From a virus (lineage: Duplodnaviria; Caudoviricetes): 38,582 bases of DNA. The translations under genes were made by a program, and so were the position numbers. The stretch covers positions 1 to 38,582 of IMG/VR virus record IMGVR_UViG_3300041809_000972; one strand, written 5' to 3'. Below the pieces are notes generated by a model, which saw only the letters and a list, made by a program, of their open reading frames with translations, had not been told where the DNA came from and ran no database searches. This document shows, piece after piece, positions 25,878-33,679 of the stretch (position 1 is its first letter; every line of letters begins with the position of its first letter).

Positions 25878-26560
25878 AGTATCTTACCCCAGTCGTGGTC
25901 GATGTTCGCTCGGATCTCCTTCACGGTGGCAGTCTGTCGTTCGCGGATGATCGCCTCATTGAGCGGCGTCGAGCGGCCCCGCGACTCGTGCCACTGGTGC
26001 ACGATCGCGATGTTGTCGATTCCCCGCTGTGGGACGCCCATGTATGCCAACCGATCGTAGAGGTCGATGTCCTCCCATCCCCAAGGTTCGGGGAGGCTCT
26101 CATCCCACCCGTTGACGTGCATCAGCCACGCCCGCTCGAACGAGTTCACGTAGAGCCCAACGGCCAGGTCGAAGCTCCCATCCTCGCGCTGCATGATGCA
26201 CTGGACGTCGTGGTTGACTGTATTCGGGCAGATGATGCGCGCGGCGACGAGCTGTGCGACCACATCGCTAACGAAGTAGATCTCCGGGTCGGCGGTGATG
26301 ATGTGGTCGTGCGAGGCGGCACGCAACCCGATGTTCTTCGGTAGCGAGCACGTACCCTCGGCCCGTCGCTCGTTGCGGATGTAGCGGATCGGTAGCGGCG
26401 ACCGCTCGCAGACGATCCGTGTGTCGTCCGTGCCGCCGTCATCCACGACGATGACCTCGTCGGGGACGGTGAGAGTCGCCAGCCGATCCAGGCTACGTTC
26501 GAGCTGGCGGGCCCGGTTCCACGTCGGGATGATCAAGGACGTGGGTATGGTTTTCCCCAA
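25874..26560 (-). CDS. GT2 glycosyltransferase
   Basis: IIPTWNR, VVDDGGTD, KNIG, GWDESLPEPWGWEDIDL and HQWH. Confidence 0.88.
   Translation of the reverse strand: MGKTIPTSLIIPTWNRARQLERSLDRLATLTVPDEVIVVDDGGTDDTRIVCERSPLPIRYIRNERRAEGTCSLPKNIGLRAASHDHIITADPEIYFVSDVVAQLVAARIICPNTVNHDVQCIMQREDGSFDLAVGLYVNSFERAWLMHVNGWDESLPEPWGWEDIDLYDRLAYMGVPQRGIDNIAIVHQWHESRGRSTPLNEAIIRERQTATVKEIRANIDHDWGKIL
26425..26473. repeat. 49-bp perfect repeat, copy 1 (copy 2 at 27144-27192)
   Basis: CGTCCGTGCCGCCGTCATCCACGACGATGACCTCGTCGGGGACGGTGAG is present in both tandem GT2 genes. Confidence 0.9.
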
Positions 26561-27264
26561 TCCTGATCACGAGGAATAATGACATCCGGGTTATCTCGCT
26601 TCATCCATTCACCATTTAGGGCCGTAGGTCCAAAGCCCTTACGGAAAAAGTGATCGGCATTCAACGATTGATCGTTTGCTGTTTGCTCGTGCCATTGATG
26701 GGTTACAACAATGTCAGGATCAATTCGCTGGTTTACATTGAGGTGAACCCGGATTCGGGTATAAAGATCGATATCATCCCAACCCCATGGCTCGGGAAAC
26801 GATTCATCCCAGCCTCCTACAGCAAGAAGCCAGCTTCGATCGTAAATGGCTGCATACGATGCGGCCCAATTCTGCAGTGTATTTACAGAACCGTCCTTCT
26901 GTATATGATGAATAGTTCCGGCCGTATATATCAGCGACGGATTCTCTTCATGCCGTGTAAGAAACTGTGCGACAACATCAGTATCAAAGAGGATCTCTGG
27001 CTCGGTTTGAATGATGAGGTCAGCCTTAGTTGCATTGATGGCAACATTGCGTGCATGAGAACAAAGCTGGGGTCCGGGATGGTGCGTGTAAATGTAGCGG
27101 ATCGGTAGGATGTCCCTGAACCCATCGCACATCTCCTCACACCCGTCCGTGCCGCCGTCATCCACGACGATGACCTCGTCGGGGACGGTGAGGTTGGAGA
27201 GGCGCGCGAGGCTCCGCGCAAGCTGCGTCGTGCGGTTGTAAGTCGTGATGACGAGCGCGGTCAC
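26533..27264 (-). CDS. GT2 glycosyltransferase (paralog of 25874-26560; AT-rich C-terminal three quarters)
   Basis: VITTYNR, VVDDGGTD, ARNVA, GGWDESFPEPWGWDDIDL and HQWH; start GTG 27264. Confidence 0.88.
   Translation of the reverse strand: MTALVITTYNRTTQLARSLARLSNLTVPDEVIVVDDGGTDGCEEMCDGFRDILPIRYIYTHHPGPQLCSHARNVAINATKADLIIQTEPEILFDTDVVAQFLTRHEENPSLIYTAGTIHHIQKDGSVNTLQNWAASYAAIYDRSWLLAVGGWDESFPEPWGWDDIDLYTRIRVHLNVNQRIDPDIVVTHQWHEQTANDQSLNADHFFRKGFGPTALNGEWMKRDNPDVIIPRDQDWGKPYPRP
27144..27192. repeat. 49-bp perfect repeat, copy 2
   Basis: Identical to 26425-26473. Confidence 0.9.
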
Positions 27265-27470
27265 AGGTTGCCCCTGTCGCGTTCTTCTTGCAAGAGCTCC
27301 TCGTGCCGTGCCATCTCGATGGCGTCGCGTTCGTCCATCAGGCGACCACGCCGGACCTTCCACAGCCTCCAGTGATCCTCGACGTCGTAGTGGAAGATGA
27401 GGAACCACACGAAGAAGCTTCCGACGAAGCTACCGGATGCGGAGATCAGCCACTCTGCGATGATGCTCAT
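27261..27470 (-). CDS. small membrane protein
   Basis: GGAGGT RBS; MSIIAEWLISASGSFVGSFFVWFLIFHY helix; 4-nt overlaps on both sides. Confidence 0.6.
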   Translation of the reverse strand: MSIIAEWLISASGSFVGSFFVWFLIFHYDVEDHWRLWKVRRGRLMDERDAIEMARHEELLQEERDRGNL

Positions 27471-28183
27471 GACCACCTCCCGTCGAAGATCCGGGGGCCG
27501 AGGTTGATCCTCGCCACACCGCCGTTGTTCTCGCCGTTGTCCGGCTCGACGCACACGGTGCTCGGTCCGTAGCCGAAGCCGACGTTCACGGCCAGGTTCT
27601 CGTCCGGGAGCGCCAGGTCGAAGCCGTCTTTGGTGATGCGATCCTTCAGGCCCACGTCCTCGCTGAACGATGTGCTGTGCGTCTCGATCGGACCGACGGT
27701 CGGCAGCTCGTACACCGCACGCGGGATAGCGAAGCAGCTGCCGACGAAGTCCGTGACCGTGAAGTAGCCGTCGCGCTCCTCCAGCGTGGTCCTCGCGACA
27801 TCGCACGGCTCGTGGTGGTAGGCGAACATCCCCACGCATCCTACGCGCGGATCCTCGAGGATCCTGCGCGTCTCGGCGAGCCATCCCGGTGTGAACACGA
27901 GGTCCTGGTCGACCTTTATCAGCAGGTCACCCTGGGCGACGGAGAAGCACTTACGCACTGCCTCACCCACGCCCTCGTTGCGCCCCGGTGCGATGCGGAT
28001 CAGCTGGGAGCATCCACCTTTGGCGATCGTCTCCGTGAGGAAGAACTTGAGGTCTGGGTCCTCGGACCCATCGTCGTGGATGATGAGCTCGAACTCAGCG
28101 CCCGCATCTCGGACGGACTCGAGGCACGCGCGGAGCAGCTCGGGTCGTTCGTAGGACAGAACGCAGACGGATGCGAAGTTCAC
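27467..28183 (-). CDS. GT2 glycosyltransferase
   Basis: SVCVLSYERP, IHDDGS, KVDQDL and FSEDV. Confidence 0.85.
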   Translation of the reverse strand: MNFASVCVLSYERPELLRACLESVRDAGAEFELIIHDDGSEDPDLKFFLTETIAKGGCSQLIRIAPGRNEGVGEAVRKCFSVAQGDLLIKVDQDLVFTPGWLAETRRILEDPRVGCVGMFAYHHEPCDVARTTLEERDGYFTVTDFVGSCFAIPRAVYELPTVGPIETHSTSFSEDVGLKDRITKDGFDLALPDENLAVNVGFGYGPSTVCVEPDNGENNGGVARINLGPRIFDGRWS

Positions 28184-28282
28184 GGTAGTACCTTCCAGTC
28201 GATGATGCCAACAAAGAACCGACGATCCTCATCGGGAACAGTATCGGCGTAGGAATGCCACGCCTCATACTGCTCTAGGAGC

Positions 28283-28459
28283 TCACGGGGACATGGCGAT
28301 CACGCCGTCCCTGTCGATCATGCGGTCGTACCTACCCGGGTGGCGGCGGCGCAGGACTTCGGCGCGCTCGGGCTTCGGCATCTGCTGCCCGGGCTCGCGC
28401 ACCTTCGTCCTCTTACGTTCACGCTCGGCCTTCCGACGGAGCTCGTCAGTTACCTCCAT
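28283..28459 (-). CDS. small basic hypothetical protein
   Basis: GAAGGAAGG upstream; MEVTDELRRKAERERKR... Confidence 0.45.
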   Translation of the reverse strand: MEVTDELRRKAERERKRTKVREPGQQMPKPERAEVLRRRHPGRYDRMIDRDGVIAMSP

Positions 28460-28661
28460 CGCTACCTTCCTTCCATTCCGCAAAGCTCCCACTCTCACGA
28501 GTGAGCTCGTACCATCCTGCCACGTCCCTCATCACGAGCCGCTCGATCCCGCTGTGCCACTCCGCGATCTGCATGTCGAGCGGACCGCCGACGAGCACGA
28601 CGAGGTGGAAGAACGGGTAGTGCGGTGGGATGAGGATGATCACATCAGGTATCTCGCTCAC
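28446..28661 (-). CDS. hypothetical protein
   Basis: GTGA overlap with the upstream ATPase; LVGGPLD motif. Confidence 0.5.
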   Translation of the reverse strand: MSEIPDVIILIPPHYPFFHLVVLVGGPLDMQIAEWHSGIERLVMRDVAGWYELTRESGSFAEWKEGSDGGN

Positions 28662-29893
28662 GACGTCGCCTCTTTCGCGACGTACAGCCGGCCGCGGCCG
28701 TCCCTTCCCTTCTCGGCTAGGCCGCCGTCGGCCAGCTTATCGAGCCTGCGGCGTCCTGCCTGGTATGCGGACGCTTCCTCTGGGTCGAGGGCGAGGGCCT
28801 CGCAGAACTGCCGGATCGTGGCCTGACCTTCTGGCAACGAGCGAAGCAGCAACAGGTCCTGCCGCATCTCTTCGTGCGCATCGGTCTCCGGGTCGAGGTC
28901 GCGATACGTGACGCCATCCTCATCGAGCTCGAATGCGCGCTCCCAGTTGACCTCCTCCACGCGTCCGTACGACGTGGCGTACCTGCGGCGTGGATGCTTT
29001 TTACCGCGGCGCTCGATCTGGACGAACTGATCGACCGCGGCAGTAAGCGACGTGGAGCCACGCATGCGATCCTCGACCGCGGCGTCAGACCGCTTGTTAT
29101 TGTGGTGGATGATCGTGACGGCGAGTTTGCTGCGGTAGGCGAATGAGGACACGGCCTCCGCACGTAGCCCAAGCTCCCTCCCGGCCTCATCTTCCACAAT
29201 CCCGATGCGCGACAGTGGGTCGATTACGACGTGCTCACATCCGGTCGCGAATGCGAGTTGTTCGACCTGCACGAGCTTGTTCACCCATTTCTCCTGCATG
29301 GATCCGCCCTCGACCTTGTCGAGCGGCCACGACCAATCCTGCACGATCCACGCATCCATCAGGTTGAAGCGCTCGGCCTTGTCCTGGATGGCGTATTCCG
29401 GCTCCTCGGTGATGATTAGCGTCTTCACGGGTGCGCGGTACGCAGGACCGAACATGGTCTCTTCCTGACGCTCGAGCGCGCCCACGAGGTTGAAGAGCAG
29501 CGTGCTCTTACCGGACAGCTTCTCGCGCCCGCCTATCAGGGTGACACCACCGCGTGCGATCAGCCCGCGCACGAACCAGTCGCGCTCCTCGGGAGCTCGG
29601 GACCTGAGGAGCCGTGCCGGCTCGCCCATCCCGTGCCGCGCCTTCAGCTGCACCAGGTCCTGAAGTTCCTCCCACTCTTCACGGCCGGCGTCGAGCTCAT
29701 CGGCAAGCTGCGAGGACAGCACGGTGAGGTCGAACTCCTCCTCCGTCTCACCGACCATCGATAGCTCGTGCGCGAGCCACGCCTCGAGGCTGCCGTACGC
29801 CTCACTGTCTTCCCACACCTCGGGTGGGATGAATAGGCGGACGGCACGGCCGTCGATGCTGTGGAAGACGTAGTGCTGCTGCTCGATGCTCAC
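28658..29893 (-). CDS. AAA_25 / RepA-like RecA-fold ATPase (replicative helicase-like)
   Basis: GGREKLSGKST Walker A, ITEEP, VVIDPL Walker B, IIHHNNK and RMRGSTSL; start GTG 29893, 6 nt after a -10 box. Confidence 0.85.
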   Translation of the reverse strand: MSIEQQHYVFHSIDGRAVRLFIPPEVWEDSEAYGSLEAWLAHELSMVGETEEEFDLTVLSSQLADELDAGREEWEELQDLVQLKARHGMGEPARLLRSRAPEERDWFVRGLIARGGVTLIGGREKLSGKSTLLFNLVGALERQEETMFGPAYRAPVKTLIITEEPEYAIQDKAERFNLMDAWIVQDWSWPLDKVEGGSMQEKWVNKLVQVEQLAFATGCEHVVIDPLSRIGIVEDEAGRELGLRAEAVSSFAYRSKLAVTIIHHNNKRSDAAVEDRMRGSTSLTAAVDQFVQIERRGKKHPRRRYATSYGRVEEVNWERAFELDEDGVTYRDLDPETDAHEEMRQDLLLLRSLPEGQATIRQFCEALALDPEEASAYQAGRRRLDKLADGGLAEKGRDGRGRLYVAKEATS

Positions 29894-29899
29894 GTGACC

Positions 29900-29928
29900 A
29901 TAGTATCCCGCCGTTAGCTTGGTGTGAA
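29900..29928 (-). promoter_or_regulatory. leftward promoter (leaderless) of a divergent pair
   Basis: On the minus strand: TTCACA-17 nt-TACTAT-6 nt-GTG. Confidence 0.65.
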
Positions 29929-29944
29929 AGAATGAAAGAATTAG

Positions 29945-29974
29945 TTGACACCTGCTGCTCGAACCTGTTACGGT
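29945..29974 (+). promoter_or_regulatory. class I promoter, rightward member of the divergent pair
   Basis: TTGACA-18 nt-TACGGT containing GAACCTGTTACGGTA, identical to 37835-37849. Confidence 0.75.
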
Positions 29975-30012
29975 AGAGGTACAAACCCGATTCCGACGAA
30001 GGAAGGAACCAC

Positions 30013-30180
30013 ATGGAGTTGACGACCGCGCAGAAGAACACACTGGATGCCCTAGCGGGTCAGGACGACAAGCAGGTCGGGTACCGCGTGGTCGGATGCG
30101 ACGCCCGGACCGGGTCGCTAAAGCTGCGTGCCGAGCGACTGGTCACGCTGATGCCAGACGGGTCGCTGCGCGATGCCTGA
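30013..30180 (+). CDS. hypothetical protein (55 aa)
   Basis: GAAGGAAGGA RBS; MELTTAQKNTLDAL... Confidence 0.6.
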   Translation: MELTTAQKNTLDALAGQDDKQVGYRVVGCDARTGSLKLRAERLVTLMPDGSLRDA

Positions 30181-30439
30181 GTGGCACATCAAGATCACGG
30201 GCATAGCGCCGCTGTTCGAGGAGTGGAACGACGGGGAGGGTGACCTCGAGGCGATCAAGACGGGCGTGGTCTCGAAGGTGAAGGCGGCCGTGGACTACGA
30301 GGAAGGCGACGACCTCGAACTCGACGAAGCGCTCACCAACATGGAGGACGCGCCCGGGGAGACGGAGTTCAACGAAGCGCTCAGTGAACTGTACGACTGG
30401 GCGGACAAAGCGCGGGTCTGGATCGACCCGATCACATAG
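30173..30439 (+). CDS. acidic hypothetical protein
   Basis: EFNEALSELYDWADKARVWI motif; strongly acidic composition. Confidence 0.65.
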   Translation: MPEWHIKITGIAPLFEEWNDGEGDLEAIKTGVVSKVKAAVDYEEGDDLELDEALTNMEDAPGETEFNEALSELYDWADKARVWIDPIT

Positions 30440-30448
30440 GAGCCGAAA

Positions 30449-31252
30449 ATGATCAAGCAAGCATCCACCACGAAGGTGATCCCGATCACCGACATCTTCC
30501 TCGACTTCGCTGACGAGGGAGGCTACCAGCGCCGCAGGTCCGAGGACGAAGCCATCCGCATCGCCGAGCACTACGATCCGGACCTCTTCGAGATCCCGCA
30601 CGTGTCCGACCGGTCGGTGCACGACCTCCCGCTCGGACCGAACGGCGAGCGGTACTCGATGCCAGACGGCGGCGCGCGGCTCATGGCCGCGGAGCTGATG
30701 GGATGGAAGTCGCTGAAGTGCGAAGTCCACGTCTTCGAACGGGTCGAGGATGAGGCGAAGCTGTTCGCGGACCTCGCGACCGGCCGCAAGTCCATCACGC
30801 CGCTCGACACGTTCTTCGCCCGCCTGCGTGAGGGTAGCGGTGAGCACGTCGCCCTCTCGACCATCCTCGAGAGTGCGGGCTGGAAGATCAGCACCGGATC
30901 AGGCAAGCGCTCGATCAGTGCGGTCCAGCAGACGATGTCCGCCTACCGCAACTACGGGGAGATCCCGATGCGACGAGCGCTCATGCTGCTCGAAGCATGG
31001 GATGAGGACGAGCACGTCTCCGGACCCATCCTCGCGGGGATGGTGCAGTTCGTCGCCGAGTACGGATCCCAGATCGACATGGACAGCGCGCGCCGCAAGC
31101 TCGCGAAGGTGCCGATGTCGACCATCTACCGCCGTGCGAAGCACGCATCCCAGCTCAGCAGCAACGCCGGCAAGCTCAGCGCGCACGTGGTGGGCGAGCT
31201 CCTCGCCGAGTACAACCGTGGCCGTCGTACCACGGCGCTGGTGGCCGCATGA
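30449..31252 (+). CDS. ParB/Srx-like N-terminal domain protein (DUF6551-like)
   Basis: YQR, IAEHYDPDLF, VSDR, PDGGARLMAA (variant of DGxHR) and EAKLF. Confidence 0.7.
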   Translation: MIKQASTTKVIPITDIFLDFADEGGYQRRRSEDEAIRIAEHYDPDLFEIPHVSDRSVHDLPLGPNGERYSMPDGGARLMAAELMGWKSLKCEVHVFERVEDEAKLFADLATGRKSITPLDTFFARLREGSGEHVALSTILESAGWKISTGSGKRSISAVQQTMSAYRNYGEIPMRRALMLLEAWDEDEHVSGPILAGMVQFVAEYGSQIDMDSARRKLAKVPMSTIYRRAKHASQLSSNAGKLSAHVVGELLAEYNRGRRTTALVAA

Positions 31253-32268
31253 GGATCGGCCTGTGGCGCACCTCGATGTACAAGGACGACGGCGTGTACC
31301 GCGGCTTCGTCGCGCTGGAGCGGGCGCTGAAGCGGTTGGGCCACGAGGTGGTCACGGTCGGCGCGCCGCGACCGAACGTCACCAAGTTCGACGGGTGTGA
31401 CGTCGTGTTCGTCTACGAGGCGATGTGGAACTGGGGGAAGAAGACCGACCCGACCACCGTCCTCGAAGGCGTCCGCCGCATCGGACCGGAGCGCTGCATC
31501 CTCGGGGTGAACTGCCCGCTCGACTCGCTGCACGGTGATGTGCGCGAGCCGACGCTGCAGCTGCTGCAGATCGTGCCGCGCGTGTGGACGAACTCGCGCC
31601 ACCGTGTGGCCGGCTACCGCGACGACGCCTTCGTCTCGCCGTACATCCTCCACTGGCCGGAGTTCCCGGCCTACGCGGGAGGAGCCTCCGGCGTCATCGC
31701 GACGGGGCGCATCTGGGACAAACGCAAGCGGCTGCTGCTGCCCATCGAGCACGGGTACCGGGGCGGCTACACGCTGTGTGGGTCGCTCGGCCTGTTCGGC
31801 GGCTGGGTCCGGAAGGAGCTGATGGCGGCGGGGGCCGAGATGGTGTCGGCCGAGCCATCATCCGGCAGTAAGCCGTGGATGGTGACGTGGCCGGGATACG
31901 ACACCACCCTCGTATACGAGGGCAAGTACAAGGACTTCACGATGGTTCCGTGGCACCTCGCGAAGGTCCATTTCGCGGGGGTCGAGGCTGAGTGGGTAGG
32001 AGACCCCGGCCTGCTGGAGACCGTCACCATAGAGGCGATGGACGCTGGCCTGAACGTGGTCGTACCCGTGCACTCGGCGCGACCAGTGCTCGGGTACAAC
32101 TCGATCTTCACCTTCGAGGGCGACGACCCGACCGCGGCCATCGAGGCAGCGATGGAGTCGCCCCCGCTCGACCACTCACACGACCTCGCCCTCCACGACC
32201 CGCTGCTGTTCGCGCGCAGGCTGCTCGCGTGGAGCTGGACGCCCCACGAATACCCGCTTGCGCAGTAG
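31249..32268 (+). CDS. divergent GT-B glycosyltransferase, candidate DNA-base glycosyltransferase
   Basis: MRIGL...ALKRLGHEVVTV, DVVFV, ATGRI..KRK and LETVTIEAMDAGLNVVVP (EA-x2-G GT-B motif). Confidence 0.7.
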   Translation: MRIGLWRTSMYKDDGVYRGFVALERALKRLGHEVVTVGAPRPNVTKFDGCDVVFVYEAMWNWGKKTDPTTVLEGVRRIGPERCILGVNCPLDSLHGDVREPTLQLLQIVPRVWTNSRHRVAGYRDDAFVSPYILHWPEFPAYAGGASGVIATGRIWDKRKRLLLPIEHGYRGGYTLCGSLGLFGGWVRKELMAAGAEMVSAEPSSGSKPWMVTWPGYDTTLVYEGKYKDFTMVPWHLAKVHFAGVEAEWVGDPGLLETVTIEAMDAGLNVVVPVHSARPVLGYNSIFTFEGDDPTAAIEAAMESPPLDHSHDLALHDPLLFARRLLAWSWTPHEYPLAQ

Positions 32269-32291
32269 GACGTTCACCCGTAAACACAACC

Positions 32292-32313
32292 GATGAAGCT
32301 GTGAGGATACTAT
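32292..32313 (+). promoter_or_regulatory. candidate class III promoter
   Basis: Intergenic GATGAAGCTGTGAGGATACTAT; similar to 5680-5701. Confidence 0.45.
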
Positions 32314-32353
32314 GTCAGTAAGCACAAGTCAGTACCGCAACATGGGAGCAGAC

Positions 32354-33334
32354 ATGAAGGACCCGCTCAACATCATCGACTTCATCCTCGAGCGGCAGAC
32401 GATGTGGCACCAGATGGAAGTCCTCGAGGAGCTTCCGTACACAACGGACATCATCCTTGCCAGCCGCCGCTTCACCAACGTCCAGCGCGAGTTGGACCGC
32501 GGCACATGGTGCCTACGTCTCGCGCTCGAGGCGCACCGGGGCGCAACGCCGGCCGAAAAGGTCCTCAACGAGATGCTCCACCTCCTTCTGCGAGGAGGCA
32601 CACAGGCGCTCGATATGCTTGGCTGGCAGGATGGAAAGACCGTCCCCGGCATCCTGAGCGTCCAGCGCCAGCTGAAGACGTGGGGCCTACCGTTCGTCGG
32701 ACGCGCCGGACAGGCGCGGGCGCCGCGACCGGCCGACATCGGGCTCAGCAGTAAGGAGGAGCTGCATGAGCTTCCGCGGGGAGAGCCTCTCGCGATGTAC
32801 TTCGAAGCCATCATTCGCAAGTGGTTGGCCGAGGGCACCCATGAGAAACTGGCAGCGGTCTGTGCGAGTGCCGACTCGCTCGAGGCTGTGTTCGACGAGG
32901 CCTGCGCCATCACAAATAGGTTCGGCGCGATGCAGATCGCCTTGAACACCACCTACAGCCACGAGCATCTGACCGATGACGAGTGGGTGTTCTTCCATCA
33001 TGGCAAGACGAACAGTAAGACTGCGGACCGTGGCAGCCTCGTCGGCTTGATGGAGATCGCCACCTACCATCCCGGACGCTACCGGAACTCGACGGCACTC
33101 GAGCTCGCACGGGAAATCGTCAAGGATCAGGATCGCCTGTTCCCCGGATGGGCGGGCGTAGCCTGTCCCGCAAAGCCGCGGTTGACGCTCGCGGATCTCG
33201 AGCACGCATCCTGTGAGTACTCGAAGTACAGGCGCATCCGCGGGGCCACCTACAGCCCGTCGCGGTACACACCATCAGTTGGGCGGAAGTCGATATGGCT
33301 CGCACATAGGGATCAGCTGCCCGATAAGTGGTAA
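32354..33334 (+). CDS. aGPT-Pplase1 / 5-hydroxymethyl-dU DNA kinase helical-domain family protein
   Basis: FILERQTMW..PYTTDIILASRRFTNVQRELDRGT and LTLADLEHASCEYSKYRR are the N- and C-terminal signatures of the family; GGGAG RBS before ATG 32354. Confidence 0.8.
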   Translation: MKDPLNIIDFILERQTMWHQMEVLEELPYTTDIILASRRFTNVQRELDRGTWCLRLALEAHRGATPAEKVLNEMLHLLLRGGTQALDMLGWQDGKTVPGILSVQRQLKTWGLPFVGRAGQARAPRPADIGLSSKEELHELPRGEPLAMYFEAIIRKWLAEGTHEKLAAVCASADSLEAVFDEACAITNRFGAMQIALNTTYSHEHLTDDEWVFFHHGKTNSKTADRGSLVGLMEIATYHPGRYRNSTALELAREIVKDQDRLFPGWAGVACPAKPRLTLADLEHASCEYSKYRRIRGATYSPSRYTPSVGRKSIWLAHRDQLPDKW

Positions 33335-33352
33335 TCGGGATATGATCTGGAC

Positions 33353-33679
33353 ATGCACGATGACGATGAGGACGCATACCCGCGCCGGCTCGAGGAGGAT
33401 CACTTCCCGTCGTACTACGACCAGGGCGGCGTGTGGATGCAGCGACGCAAATCCCGGGTCGACGACGCCTACTGGGTGTATGACCAGTGCATGGTCCCTC
33501 TCACGGCGAACGCGTCGACCGAGGTCATGATCGTGGAGGCCGTCGAGCTTATGCACGAATCCGCCGAGGAGCTACGCGAGGATGGCGACGAGATGTGGAT
33601 GGACCTCATCCAGTGGGACGCTGCCCCGTGGCTGGACACGCTCTTCGACATCCGCAACCTCAAGGAACACCGTGCTTAG
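33353..33679 (+). CDS. acidic hypothetical protein
   Basis: ORF filling the gap; Asp/Glu-rich. Confidence 0.5.
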   Translation: MHDDDEDAYPRRLEEDHFPSYYDQGGVWMQRRKSRVDDAYWVYDQCMVPLTANASTEVMIVEAVELMHESAEELREDGDEMWMDLIQWDAAPWLDTLFDIRNLKEHRA

